A DNA stretch of 64,000 bases from Minisyncoccota bacterium (GTDB lineage Bacteria; Patescibacteriota; Minisyncoccia; Phycocordibacterales; Phycocordibacteraceae), in NCBI GenBank assembly GCA_035531495.1, contig DATKSU010000006.1, positions 1,821 to 65,820 of the forward strand, in the 5' to 3' direction. Position numbers and translations under genes: made by a program. Below are positions 17,850 to 27,301 of this stretch, piece by piece. The notes under the pieces are model-generated. The model had not been told where the DNA came from, ran no database searches, and saw nothing but the letters and a program-made list of their open reading frames with translations. Every line of letters starts with the position of its first letter. Position 1 is the stretch's first letter.

Positions 17850-20054
17850 TCATTTCGCCACCTGCACCGCCTCCTCGAACTTCACGGAGAGGAGTTTCGA
17901 GACCCCGTCGCCGCCCATAGTGACGCCGTAGAGGATGCCGGCGCGGCTCATGGTCTCGCGATTGTGCGTGATGACGATGAGCTGCGACTTCTTCGCGAGG
18001 TTCTCTATCATATCGCCGTAGCGGCGGCTATTCGCTTCGTCCAAGGCCGCGTCGGTCTCGTCGAGTATGAGGAACGGCGGCGGGTTCACTTGACTCATCG
18101 CGAAAATGAGCGCGATGGAAGTCAGCGCGCGCTCGCCGCCCGACAGCTGCATGAGGGAACGTATTTTCTTCTTTGGCAGGTTGACGGAGATCTCGATGCC
18201 GGGACGCTGCGTCGCTTCCGGCGTCTCTGGCGTTTCCTCCTCGCCTTCGTCCTCTTCTGCATCCTCCGGCTCCTCGAGCACGAGGCGGGCGCCGCCGCCG
18301 CCGAACATGAGCGCGAAATATTCGCTGAAGGTCGCGTTCACCTTCGCGAGTCCGTCGGCGAAATGCCGGGCGAGCTCGGTATTCAAATCCTCGATGAGGG
18401 CGCGCAGGCTCGCCGCCGACTTCGCGAGGTCGTCAAGTTCGGCGGCGAGGAAGAGGTCGCGCTCCGACGACTCCTTATATTCGTGCCGGATATCCTCGCC
18501 CGTGCCGCCGGCCTCCTCGAGACGAATCTTCGTGCGCTCGAGCGTACGCCGGCGCTCTTCCTGTACGCGGCGTTCTTCCTGCGGCAGCGCGGCGAGCGCG
18601 TCGTACGACACGGCCTCGGCGCCGCCGACCGTGAGCGTCTCGGCCTTGTCGCGGTCGAGCGCCTCGGCCAACAGGATGAGCTCGTGCTCACGCGCTTCGA
18701 GCTTCGCGACTTCCCCCTCCTCGTGCGCCTTCGACTGCGCGAGATCGAGAATGCGCCGGCGCGCTTCGCGGCCGGTCTCCTCGAAGGCGAGCATCGCCTC
18801 GCGGGCGCGGGCGCGGGCCGACTCCGCCTTCTCGAGCGCCGCGGACATGGCCGAGTACTTCTCCGCAAGCGCCGTCTTCTCCGCATTCAAGCGGTACGCG
18901 GCATCCTCTTCGTCGGAGAGGTACGCATCGCCCGGCGCGCCGTGGCGCGAGAAGAATGTCTCGATGGCGGTGCGGATGGCGGCGAGCGCGGCGCGCAGCG
19001 CTTCGACGCTATCGCCGGCGCCCGTCGTCTGCTTTTTCACCTCCTCGTGGAGCGCCGAGAGCTCCTCGCGCGGCACCTTCGCGTACGGCTCGCGCGCGGC
19101 CGCTTTCGCGCGGCGCTCCACTTCCGAGAGCGCGCCTTCGACGCGCCCCATCTCGCGTGAGAGCGTGGCGCGCTCGCTCGCTCGCGCGGAGACCCCGTTT
19201 TCGGCGGCGCGCAGCGCTTCGGTGAGCTTCGCCGTCTCGCCATCGCCGGAGGCCGCATCGGCGACGCGGTCGAGTTCGGCGCTCGCAGTGGCGAGGCGCT
19301 CCGCGGCGCGCCGCTTCTCCGCGGCCGTCGCGCGCGTCTCATGGGCGAGGTACGCGTCCTCGATCGAGAAATACGCCCGCGCGAGCGCGACGAGCTCGCG
19401 GCGCAGCTCGTCGGCGCGCTCGAGCTTCTCCACCTGCTTCTCGAGGAAGCGTAGGTGCGGCGCGAGCTCGCGGCGCAATGATTGCACCTGGGCGATATTC
19501 TCCTCGGTCTTCACGAGCTTACGCTCCGCCTCTTGCTTCTTGAACTCGTAGAGCTTGAGTCCGAGCGCGTCCTCGAGCGTCGCGCGGCGCTCGCGCGCGT
19601 TCGAGAGCAGGATGCGGTCCGCCTCGCCTTGCGAAATGATGTGGTGGCCCGTCTCGCCGATGTTCGCGCTCGCGAGGAGCTCAGCGACGTCGCGCAGCCG
19701 CACGCGCGAGCCGTTGATGGAGTATTCGCTCGTCCCGTCGCGCAGCACGACGCGCTCGATGACAACCTCGTCGAAATCGACCTTGAACACGCGGTGTGAG
19801 TTGTCGAAGACGATGGAGACGCCCGCGCGGTTCGCGCGCGGTACGGAGTGCGAGCCGCCCCAGATGAGGTCTTCAGCGCGCTTGCCGCGCATGCTCTTAA
19901 TCGACTGCTCGCCGAGCGCGAAGCGGAACGCCTCGGCGACGTTCGATTTACCGGAGCCGTTCGGCCCCACGATGGCAGTCGTCGCGTTCGAGAAGTCCAA
20001 GACGGTCTTCTTGGCGAACGACTTGAAGCCAGCGATTTCAAGGCGCTTCAGCAT
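17850..20054 (-). CDS. smc: Short SMC-family ATPase (chromosome segregation protein)
   Basis: GPNGSGKSN Walker A, LSGGE signature, LILDETDAALD Walker B; only 734 aa. Confidence 0.9.
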   Translation of the reverse strand: MLKRLEIAGFKSFAKKTVLDFSNATTAIVGPNGSGKSNVAEAFRFALGEQSIKSMRGKRAEDLIWGGSHSVPRANRAGVSIVFDNSHRVFKVDFDEVVIERVVLRDGTSEYSINGSRVRLRDVAELLASANIGETGHHIISQGEADRILLSNARERRATLEDALGLKLYEFKKQEAERKLVKTEENIAQVQSLRRELAPHLRFLEKQVEKLERADELRRELVALARAYFSIEDAYLAHETRATAAEKRRAAERLATASAELDRVADAASGDGETAKLTEALRAAENGVSARASERATLSREMGRVEGALSEVERRAKAAAREPYAKVPREELSALHEEVKKQTTGAGDSVEALRAALAAIRTAIETFFSRHGAPGDAYLSDEEDAAYRLNAEKTALAEKYSAMSAALEKAESARARAREAMLAFEETGREARRRILDLAQSKAHEEGEVAKLEAREHELILLAEALDRDKAETLTVGGAEAVSYDALAALPQEERRVQEERRRTLERTKIRLEEAGGTGEDIRHEYKESSERDLFLAAELDDLAKSAASLRALIEDLNTELARHFADGLAKVNATFSEYFALMFGGGGARLVLEEPEDAEEDEGEEETPETPEATQRPGIEISVNLPKKKIRSLMQLSGGERALTSIALIFAMSQVNPPPFLILDETDAALDEANSRRYGDMIENLAKKSQLIVITHNRETMSRAGILYGVTMGGDGVSKLLSVKFEEAVQVAK

Positions 20055-20112
20055 TTATCACAGTATACAGGGCGCCCGCCCGCCGGGCAGGCGGTCTGTT
20101 GTGCATGCTCCC

Positions 20113-20451
20113 CTAGGCCGGCTCTACGGTGACCGCCGTACCGTATGCAAGCACCTCCGTCACGCCATTCGCCACGTCGTTCGCGTCATAGCGCGCGCCG
20201 ATGACCGCGTTCGCCCCCTTGTCCGCGGCATGGTCGAGCATCTTCTCGAACGCCTCGGTGCGCGTGCGCTCGCAGAGGTTCGTGTATGCCGTGATGTTGC
20301 CGCCCACGAGCGTCTGGAGACTCGCGCCGATATTCACGATGAGATTGCGCGAACGCACGATGATGCCGCGCACGACGCCGTGGTTCACGACGATGCGGTA
20401 ACCCGGCAGTTCGAACGCTTGCGTGACCATCTCTTCGGGAATCTTCGCCAT
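20113..20451 (-). CDS. YbjQ/UPF0145 family protein
   Basis: GVVRG, LVGGNITAYT, GANAVIGARYD, EVLAYGTAV. Confidence 0.9.
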   Translation of the reverse strand: MAKIPEEMVTQAFELPGYRIVVNHGVVRGIIVRSRNLIVNIGASLQTLVGGNITAYTNLCERTRTEAFEKMLDHAADKGANAVIGARYDANDVANGVTEVLAYGTAVTVEPA

Positions 20452-20471
20452 ATGCCGGCAGTATACCCCGT

Positions 20472-21161
20472 TCACCATCCTGTCGCATCGAGCGCGGACT
20501 GCGCAGCCGCCTGTTCCGCCTCTTGTTTGCTCCTCCCCTCACCGCGCGCGATCTCCTCGCGCCCGATGAAGACGCCAACAGTGAATCGCTTGTCGTGATC
20601 GGGTCCGACTTGCGCCAAGGTCTCGTACGACGGCGTCACACCCCGCTTCTCTTGCGCCGTTTCCTGGAAGCGGCTCTTCGCGTCCTGATAGGCGCGCTTC
20701 GCGATGACGTCATCGATCTTGCTCGAGAGGTGCGCCCTGATGAACGCATCCGCAGCTGCATACCCCTGGTCGAGATAGATAGCGCCGATGATGGCTTCGA
20801 ACGCATCGGCGAGGATGACGTCGCGCGCGCGGCCCGTGTCCTTCGCTTCGCCTTTGGAGAGGAGAAGATACTCATTCACGCCGAGCGCCTGCGCGCTCTC
20901 GGACAGCGATCTCGTGTTCACGAGCGCGGCGCGGTAGCTCGTGAGTTCGCCTTCGGGCTTCGCCGGGAATTTCCGGAAGAGGAAATCGGTCACCGCGAGC
21001 TCGAGCACGGCGTCACCGAGAAACTCGAGCCGCTCGTTATGGCTACCCGCGTACTCGCGGTGCTCGTTCAGGTAGGAACGATGCGTGAGCGCCTCGGTGA
21101 GGAGGTCGGGGTCTGAGAACGATATCCCGAGCGCCGAAGCGAGTGAGGCGAAATCAGGCAT
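20472..21161 (-). CDS. rnc: Ribonuclease III
   Basis: NERLEFLGDAVL signature, dsRBD. Confidence 0.97.
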   Translation of the reverse strand: MPDFASLASALGISFSDPDLLTEALTHRSYLNEHREYAGSHNERLEFLGDAVLELAVTDFLFRKFPAKPEGELTSYRAALVNTRSLSESAQALGVNEYLLLSKGEAKDTGRARDVILADAFEAIIGAIYLDQGYAAADAFIRAHLSSKIDDVIAKRAYQDAKSRFQETAQEKRGVTPSYETLAQVGPDHDKRFTVGVFIGREEIARGEGRSKQEAEQAAAQSALDATGW

Positions 21162-21217
21162 AGTGGAATCATTCGCAGTATGCCGCAGGCGGCAAGAAAA
21201 TCAAACGGCGGCGCGGC

Positions 21218-22117
21218 TTACGGCGTCGGCCCGCTCTTATCGAGCAGCTTCTGCACGGCCGCCGTGACGATGGGCAGCATGTCGTCATAGAAATTGAGGT
21301 CGATGATGTCCTGGAGCCTGAACCACTTGGCGTCGTCGAGTCCGCCGCTCTTCTTGAGCGTCAAGGGCTCGAACGCGGAAGACGCGAGGAAGAACCAGAC
21401 ATGCTTCCTGACGCGCCCTTTCTCCGGATGCGAGGCGACATACTCGTTCTCACCTACCTGACCTTCAACCGCCGCCGTGAGCCCGAGCTCCTCCTTGATG
21501 ATGCGCACGACGCCCTCCTGCGGCGTCGGATCGGCCTCGATGTGGCCTTTCGAGAGCGTCCAGTGGCCGAAGACGTCATGGACGAGTGCGAGATAATACT
21601 GGCCGTCGTGCTTGGCGTAGACGATGGCGCCGCCCATCTTCTCGAGCGGCAGCTCTTCGCGCCGCACTTTCTTCTTCCCCTGCTCGTCCTTGCCGGGTTC
21701 GCCGAGTTCCTTATAGACGGCGCCGAGGACGCCGTTGACGAAGCGGCCGGAGGATTCCCCGCCGAAGGTCTTGGCGAGCTCGATGGCCTCGTTGATGGCG
21801 ACTTTCGCCGGCACCTGCGTCCGGTCGGCGAAGAGGAGCTCGTAGAGGCCGAGTCGCAGGATGTTGCGGTCGACGGGCGCGATGCGGTCTAAGGGCCACT
21901 CGGGCGCAGCCTTCTCGATGACGAGGTCGAGGTCGGCGTGCTTCGCAAGCACGCCGGAAAGGAGTTGTTCCATGAACGGCTGGTCGGTGCTGTCGCCCGC
22001 GAATTCCTCGATGTTGCGGGCGAGGACGCCGGCCGCGTCTTCCTCGGACAGGTGCGTCGTATCCCACTCAAAGAGCGTCTGCAGTACGACCGAACGCGCT
22101 AAGTGCCGATTCGCCAT
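21218..22117 (-). CDS. nusB: Transcription antitermination factor NusB fused to a C-terminal Nudix-like domain
   Basis: DRNILRL, VAINEAIELAKTFG, FVNGVLG; then WTLSKGH..KEELGL. Confidence 0.9.
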   Translation of the reverse strand: MANRHLARSVVLQTLFEWDTTHLSEEDAAGVLARNIEEFAGDSTDQPFMEQLLSGVLAKHADLDLVIEKAAPEWPLDRIAPVDRNILRLGLYELLFADRTQVPAKVAINEAIELAKTFGGESSGRFVNGVLGAVYKELGEPGKDEQGKKKVRREELPLEKMGGAIVYAKHDGQYYLALVHDVFGHWTLSKGHIEADPTPQEGVVRIIKEELGLTAAVEGQVGENEYVASHPEKGRVRKHVWFFLASSAFEPLTLKKSGGLDDAKWFRLQDIIDLNFYDDMLPIVTAAVQKLLDKSGPTP

Positions 22118-22200
22118 GGAAAGATCCTGCGCTCATGATATCGCAAAAACGAGACCCGCGCACGCGGCGCGGGTCCGTCTCTGTGGATTCTCGCGATGCG

Positions 22201-22560
22201 TTACGACGCCTGCCCGCCCATGCCGCTTCTTGCTTTCGGACGGCTGCCGGCCGCAAGCTTGCCGAGGAAACCCTTCGACGTCTTCGCTGCGGCGTTCACG
22301 TGCTCCGCGTGCGCATGCTCATGCGCGTGCGCCGACACGGGTTCCGTGTCCGGACCCTTCTTCGCCTTCGGCGCGCGCGCCTGCTTCCCTTTCGGCGCGA
22401 AAATCTGCTTCCCGCGGTACATGCCCGTCGTCTCGTCGACGCGGTGCGGGAGGACGAGCGTGCCGCTCGCCGCGTCCTTCACAGCGCGGATGCCCGTGAG
22501 TGCGTGGTGCGACCGGCGGTTGCCGGTGTGACCCCTCGTATGGCGCATGCGGATTGACAT
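22201..22560 (-). CDS. rpmF: 50S ribosomal protein L32 (Cys-free) with C-terminal extension
   Basis: RHTRGHTGNRRSHHAL, PHRV...GMYRG; rpmF-nusB-rnc order. Confidence 0.85.
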   Translation of the reverse strand: MSIRMRHTRGHTGNRRSHHALTGIRAVKDAASGTLVLPHRVDETTGMYRGKQIFAPKGKQARAPKAKKGPDTEPVSAHAHEHAHAEHVNAAAKTSKGFLGKLAAGSRPKARSGMGGQAS

Positions 22561-22649
22561 GAGCGCACCTTATCACGGAGAGAATGAAAAGCAAAGCGGT
22601 CCTCGTCGAGGACCGCGATGGCGAAAGATCGGTACAGCTTGTTGTGGCG

Positions 22650-23033
22650 TCAGCGTTGCGATTCACGCATCGCTATGACCTCTTTGACGAACGGGTGCGG
22701 GCCCTTCCGTCGTTTCCGATTCCGGACCATAGGGAGCGGCGAGCTGCCGTCGCATGCCTGAACTTGGACGATCGTCACGTACGTCGCGACTTGCCCCGTA
22801 TGCCCGCAGAGCATCTCGCACCTGCCGTCGACTTCCCTCGTCCTGCCGGAGCACCCGTTACAGCTGGCACAACGCTCGAACCCCGTGCCAGCGAGCTGTC
22901 GCGCATGCTTCTCGATGAGGGCGCGATCCGTGCGGCTCGACACCCGTGATGGGGAGTTCTGTTTATTCAGCACTGGTAATTTCCTTCTCGTTGAGGACTG
23001 CGCTTGCCTGAGCCCCATGCCCGAGGCAGCCAT
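22650..23033 (-). CDS. Possible hypothetical Cys-rich protein
   Basis: Open frame with CASCNGC, CEMLC; atypical codon usage, no recognisable homology. Confidence 0.3.
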   Translation of the reverse strand: MAASGMGLRQAQSSTRRKLPVLNKQNSPSRVSSRTDRALIEKHARQLAGTGFERCASCNGCSGRTREVDGRCEMLCGHTGQVATYVTIVQVQACDGSSPLPMVRNRKRRKGPHPFVKEVIAMRESQR

Positions 23034-23132
23034 AGTTTTAATCCCATTCAGAGCCGAAATCAAGGCGTGAAAACGGCCGGCGGTGGATAAAGAGGCGGGC
23101 GCTGCTCGTTGAGCGGCGCCCGGCACCGGGCC

Positions 23133-23423
23133 TCATCGGCCATCGGGGAGTTCATCGGATGACCAATAGGGACAGCCGATCGTCTCCTCAGGGACTTTCA
23201 GTTGATCGAGGATCTCGCACTTCACGACCGTGGATCTGCCTCCGCCGTCCGGGTCGTGTGGCGGGAAGTACCAGTTGGCGCCGCTGCATTTCCGGTAGAC
23301 GCCGTCCGCTTCTCGCACGCAGTCGAATTTTGCATCTCTGAGTTTCTTGACGGTCGCGAGGAGCGCGCCGTCATAATGAGCGCTTCTTGGGTGGGAAAGG
23401 GTCTCGCTCAAGGGAATCTCCAT
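23133..23423 (-). CDS. Hypothetical about 96-aa protein
   Basis: ORF MEIPLSETL..CPYW with 4 Cys, directly downstream of rnhB. Confidence 0.5.
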   Translation of the reverse strand: MEIPLSETLSHPRSAHYDGALLATVKKLRDAKFDCVREADGVYRKCSGANWYFPPHDPDGGGRSTVVKCEILDQLKVPEETIGCPYWSSDELPDGR

Positions 23424-23460
23424 AAAGGTCAAACCGGGCGCATGCCCGGCTCTCCTCCTT

Positions 23461-24060
23461 CTAATCCCGTGCGCGACGGGATGCAAGGTGCAAAAACGAC
23501 CGGCGGTGGATAGCGCACGGACCATGCACAGCAAGCGCCGCATAGTGCGCCTTCGTCCCGTACCCTTTGTGCCGCTCGAAGCCGTACGCCGGATGCTCGA
23601 GCGCGAGGCGCTGCATGAGGCGGTCGCGCGTCACTTTCGCCGCGATGGACGCGAGCGAGATGAGCGGGACGAGCTCGTCGCCGTCGATGATGGTCCGCTG
23701 CACGTATTCGGCGGGCGCGCGTAGCGCGCCGTCGAGCTCGACCGTGGCGAGCGCCGCGTCCGGCGCGAGCGCGTTCACGCCGCGCGCGACCGCGCGGCGC
23801 ACGACGGTCGCGATGCCCTCCGCATCGATGGCCGCCGCGCTCTCGAGCTCGACAACGAAGCGCGCGTCGCCCTGCGCAGCGCGGCGCTCGAGAAGCGCGA
23901 AGAGCGCCTCTCGTTTCTTCCCCGACAGCTGCTTCGAGTCGCGGACGCCGGAGAATTCCCGCGCGACGTCGAATCCCTCGGGCACTGCGACGACGCCGAC
24001 CGCTACCGGACCGGCCAAGGGCCCGCGCCCTGCCTCATCGACGCCGAGCACGAATCGCAT
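23461..24060 (-). CDS. rnhB: Ribonuclease HII
   Basis: GVDEAGRGPLAGPV, RDSK, ASIAAKVTRD, HKGYGT. Confidence 0.95.
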   Translation of the reverse strand: MRFVLGVDEAGRGPLAGPVAVGVVAVPEGFDVAREFSGVRDSKQLSGKKREALFALLERRAAQGDARFVVELESAAAIDAEGIATVVRRAVARGVNALAPDAALATVELDGALRAPAEYVQRTIIDGDELVPLISLASIAAKVTRDRLMQRLALEHPAYGFERHKGYGTKAHYAALAVHGPCAIHRRSFLHLASRRARD

Positions 24061-24082
24061 CCAGAAAGTATACTGGAAGGGC

Positions 24083-27000
24083 ATGGCGAGCCGGTTCATC
24101 CACCTCCACACCCATAGCCACTACAGCTTCCTCCAGGCGCTGCCGAAAGTGGATGAGCTCGTCGAGAAAACCAAGGCCGAGGGGATGGACGCGCTCGCGC
24201 TCACCGACGCCGGCAACATGCACGGCGCCATCGAATTCTATAAAGCGGCCATGAAGGCGGGCGTGAAGCCCATCCTCGGCGTCGACACCTATCTCGCGCC
24301 GCGCTCACGGCACGAGAAGGACCGCGTGCTCGACGCGAAGCGCTCGCGCATCGTGCTCCTCGCGGAGAACGACGCCGGCTACAAGAACCTCCTCGTCCTC
24401 GTGACGAAGTCGTGGACTGAGGGCTTCTTCGAGCGGCCGCGCGTCGACAAGGAGCTCCTGCGGGAGCACGCGGACGGCATCATCGCCATCCTCCCGTCCT
24501 TCTCGGGCGACGTCGCGCAGCTCCTGCGCGCCGGCGACCCAGACGGCGCCGCGGCGGCCGCCGCGGAATTCACGGACATCTTCCCCGCCGATGGCGGGGC
24601 GAGCGGCCGCGAACCCCGGCTATTCCTCGAGGTCACACACCACCCGCGCGTGCGCGGGCACGAGGCGCTCATGCAGAAGATTGTCGCGCTCTCGCGCGAG
24701 AGCGCGACGCCGCTCGTCGCCCAGCACGACGTCTACCACCTCGAGCCCGACGATCGCGTTGCGACCGAGATCATGCGCCGCATCCGCCAGGGCGAGCGCG
24801 GCCGGAACGAAGAAGAGGATTTCTCTTTCATCAGCGAGAAGATGGCGATCGCGTACTTCAAGGACCTCCCTGACGCGATTGGAAACACGCGCGCCATCGC
24901 CGACCGCTGCTCGGTCGAATTCACGCTCGGGAAGTGGACCTTCCCCGCCGTACCGGTCTCGCCGGGCTTCGCGAATCACGATGAGGAGCTGCGCGCGAAA
25001 GCGTATGCGGGCATCACGGCGCGCGGGCTCGCGGAGACGCCCGCCATCATCGAGCGGGTCGAGTACGAGCTCAAGATTATCATCGACAAAGGCTTCGCCG
25101 TGTACTACCTCATCGTCGCCGACCTCCTCGCTTTCGCGAAGAGCGCCGGCATCCTCACGACGACGCGCGGCTCGGCGGGCGGCTCTCTCGTCGCCTATCT
25201 CGTCGGCATCACGAATGTCGATCCGCTTTTCTATAAGCTGCCGTTCGAGCGCTTCCTCAACCCCGAACGCCCGAAGGCCCCCGACATCGACATGGACATG
25301 GCTGACAACCGCCGTGACGAGATGATCGCGTATGCGAAGCGCACGTACGGCGACGACCACGTCGCGCAGATCGGCACGTTCGGTACGATGATGGCGCGCG
25401 CGGCCGTGCGCGACGTGGCGCGCGCGCTCGGCCATTCCTACACGACCGGCGACCGCATCGCGAAGCTCATCCCCATCGGCTCGCAGGGCTTCCCGATGAC
25501 CATCGAGCACGCGCTCGAGCTCGAGCCGGATCTGAAGGCCATTTACGACGAGGATGAGGACGCGCACGAGATTATTGACCTCGCCCGCCGCATTGAGGGC
25601 TGCGTGCGACACGTCGGCGTGCACGCAGCGGGCGTCGTCGTCGCACCGACGCCCTTGGTCGAGTGGACGCCCATCCAGCCGGACCCGAAAGGCACCGGCA
25701 AGCTCATCACGCAGTACGATATGTACTCGATTACCGACGAGTACGGCGGGGTCGGCCTCCTCAAGTTCGACTTCCTCGGCATCAAGAACCTCTCCATCCT
25801 CGCCGACGCGGTCGCGCGCGTCGCGGCGACGCGCGGCATCGCCGTCGACATCGAGAATGTCCCGCTTGACGACGCGAAGACGTTCGCGATGCTCGCGAAG
25901 GGCGACACCGAGGGCGTCTTTCAGCTGAACGGCTCCGGCATGACCCGCTGGCTCAAAGAGCTCAAGCCCTCGACCATCCACGACATCAACGCCATGGTCG
26001 CCCTCTACCGCCCGGGCCCGATGGAGACCATCCCCGGCTATATCGAGCGCAAGCGCAATCCGCGCATGATCCGCTTCGAGGACGAGCGTATGAAGGAATA
26101 TCTCGACGCCTCCTACGGCCTCCTCGTCTACCAGGACGACGTGCTCCTCACCGCTATCACGCTCGCCGGCTACTCCTGGCTCGAGGCCGACGCCTTGCGC
26201 AAGGCGATGGGCAAGAAGATACCGGAGGAGATGGCCGCGCAGAAAGAAAAGCTCATGAAAGGGTTCATGGAGCACGGCAAGCTTTCTCGGGAGAAGTCCG
26301 AGCGGCTCTGGAAGCTCATCGAGCCCTTCGCCGCCTACGGTTTCAACAAGGCGCACGCCGCGAGCTACGGCAAGGTCGCCTACCAGACCGCCTACATGAA
26401 GGCGAACTATCCCGTCGAATACCTGGCCGCTCTCCTCACGGCGGATTCGGGCGATACCGACCGCATCGCCGTCCTCGTCGCGGAAGCGAAACGCATGGGC
26501 ATCCCGGTCCTGCCGCCGGACGCGAACGAGAGCTCTTCGGACTTCACGGTCGTCGGCGAGAAGAAGGACGCCATCCGCTTCGGCCTCTCTTCCATCAAGA
26601 ACTTCGGCGAAGGCGTCGCGGGCGCAATCCTCGCGGAGCGCGAGGCGCACGGTCCGTTTGCTTCGCTCGCGAACTTTCTCTCCCGCGTCGGCTCGAAGAA
26701 CTTGAACCGCAAGTCGCTCGAGGCGCTCATTAAGTGCGGCGCGCTCGATTCGCTCGGCGACCGGAGCGCGCTCCTCGGCGGCATCGAGACCCTGCTCGAA
26801 TTCCATCGCGAGGCGACGGCCGAAGCGCCGCAGGATTCCCTCTTCGGCGCGCTCATGGCGCCGCCGCCCTTGGAGCTCGCGCCCGGCGCGCCGATATCGC
26901 TCACCGACAAGCTTGCCTGGGAGAAGGAGCTCCTCGGCATCTACGTCTCCGGCCATCCGCTCGACGCGCATCCGGCGACGATGGCGAAGGTGAAGGTGTC

Positions 27001-27280
27001 GCTCGCGAAGCTCAAGGAAGAACCGCAGCCAGGCCTCTCGGTCATCATGCCGGCTCTCGTGAGCGACGTCCGGACTATCCTCACCAAGAGCGGCGAGAAG
27101 ATGGCCTTCCTGAAGCTCGAGGACAAGACCGGCTCGCTCGAAGCCGTCGTGTTCCCGAAGCTCTTCAAGAAGCACAATGGCGCCCTCGCGCCCGGCGCCT
27201 GCATCATCGCCAAGGGCAAAGTCACAGTGAGGAACGGCGAGCCCTCGATCGCCATCGACGACCTGAAGCTCCTCGGTTAG
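24083..27280 (+). CDS. dnaE: DNA polymerase III alpha subunit
   Basis: PHP HLHTHSHYS, RGSAGGS, PDIDMD, FAAYGFNKAHA, OB fold. Confidence 0.97.
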   Translation: MASRFIHLHTHSHYSFLQALPKVDELVEKTKAEGMDALALTDAGNMHGAIEFYKAAMKAGVKPILGVDTYLAPRSRHEKDRVLDAKRSRIVLLAENDAGYKNLLVLVTKSWTEGFFERPRVDKELLREHADGIIAILPSFSGDVAQLLRAGDPDGAAAAAAEFTDIFPADGGASGREPRLFLEVTHHPRVRGHEALMQKIVALSRESATPLVAQHDVYHLEPDDRVATEIMRRIRQGERGRNEEEDFSFISEKMAIAYFKDLPDAIGNTRAIADRCSVEFTLGKWTFPAVPVSPGFANHDEELRAKAYAGITARGLAETPAIIERVEYELKIIIDKGFAVYYLIVADLLAFAKSAGILTTTRGSAGGSLVAYLVGITNVDPLFYKLPFERFLNPERPKAPDIDMDMADNRRDEMIAYAKRTYGDDHVAQIGTFGTMMARAAVRDVARALGHSYTTGDRIAKLIPIGSQGFPMTIEHALELEPDLKAIYDEDEDAHEIIDLARRIEGCVRHVGVHAAGVVVAPTPLVEWTPIQPDPKGTGKLITQYDMYSITDEYGGVGLLKFDFLGIKNLSILADAVARVAATRGIAVDIENVPLDDAKTFAMLAKGDTEGVFQLNGSGMTRWLKELKPSTIHDINAMVALYRPGPMETIPGYIERKRNPRMIRFEDERMKEYLDASYGLLVYQDDVLLTAITLAGYSWLEADALRKAMGKKIPEEMAAQKEKLMKGFMEHGKLSREKSERLWKLIEPFAAYGFNKAHAASYGKVAYQTAYMKANYPVEYLAALLTADSGDTDRIAVLVAEAKRMGIPVLPPDANESSSDFTVVGEKKDAIRFGLSSIKNFGEGVAGAILAEREAHGPFASLANFLSRVGSKNLNRKSLEALIKCGALDSLGDRSALLGGIETLLEFHREATAEAPQDSLFGALMAPPPLELAPGAPISLTDKLAWEKELLGIYVSGHPLDAHPATMAKVKVSLAKLKEEPQPGLSVIMPALVSDVRTILTKSGEKMAFLKLEDKTGSLEAVVFPKLFKKHNGALAPGACIIAKGKVTVRNGEPSIAIDDLKLLG

Positions 27281-27301
27281 GTTTGTGGTATTCTCTGCCC
27301 C

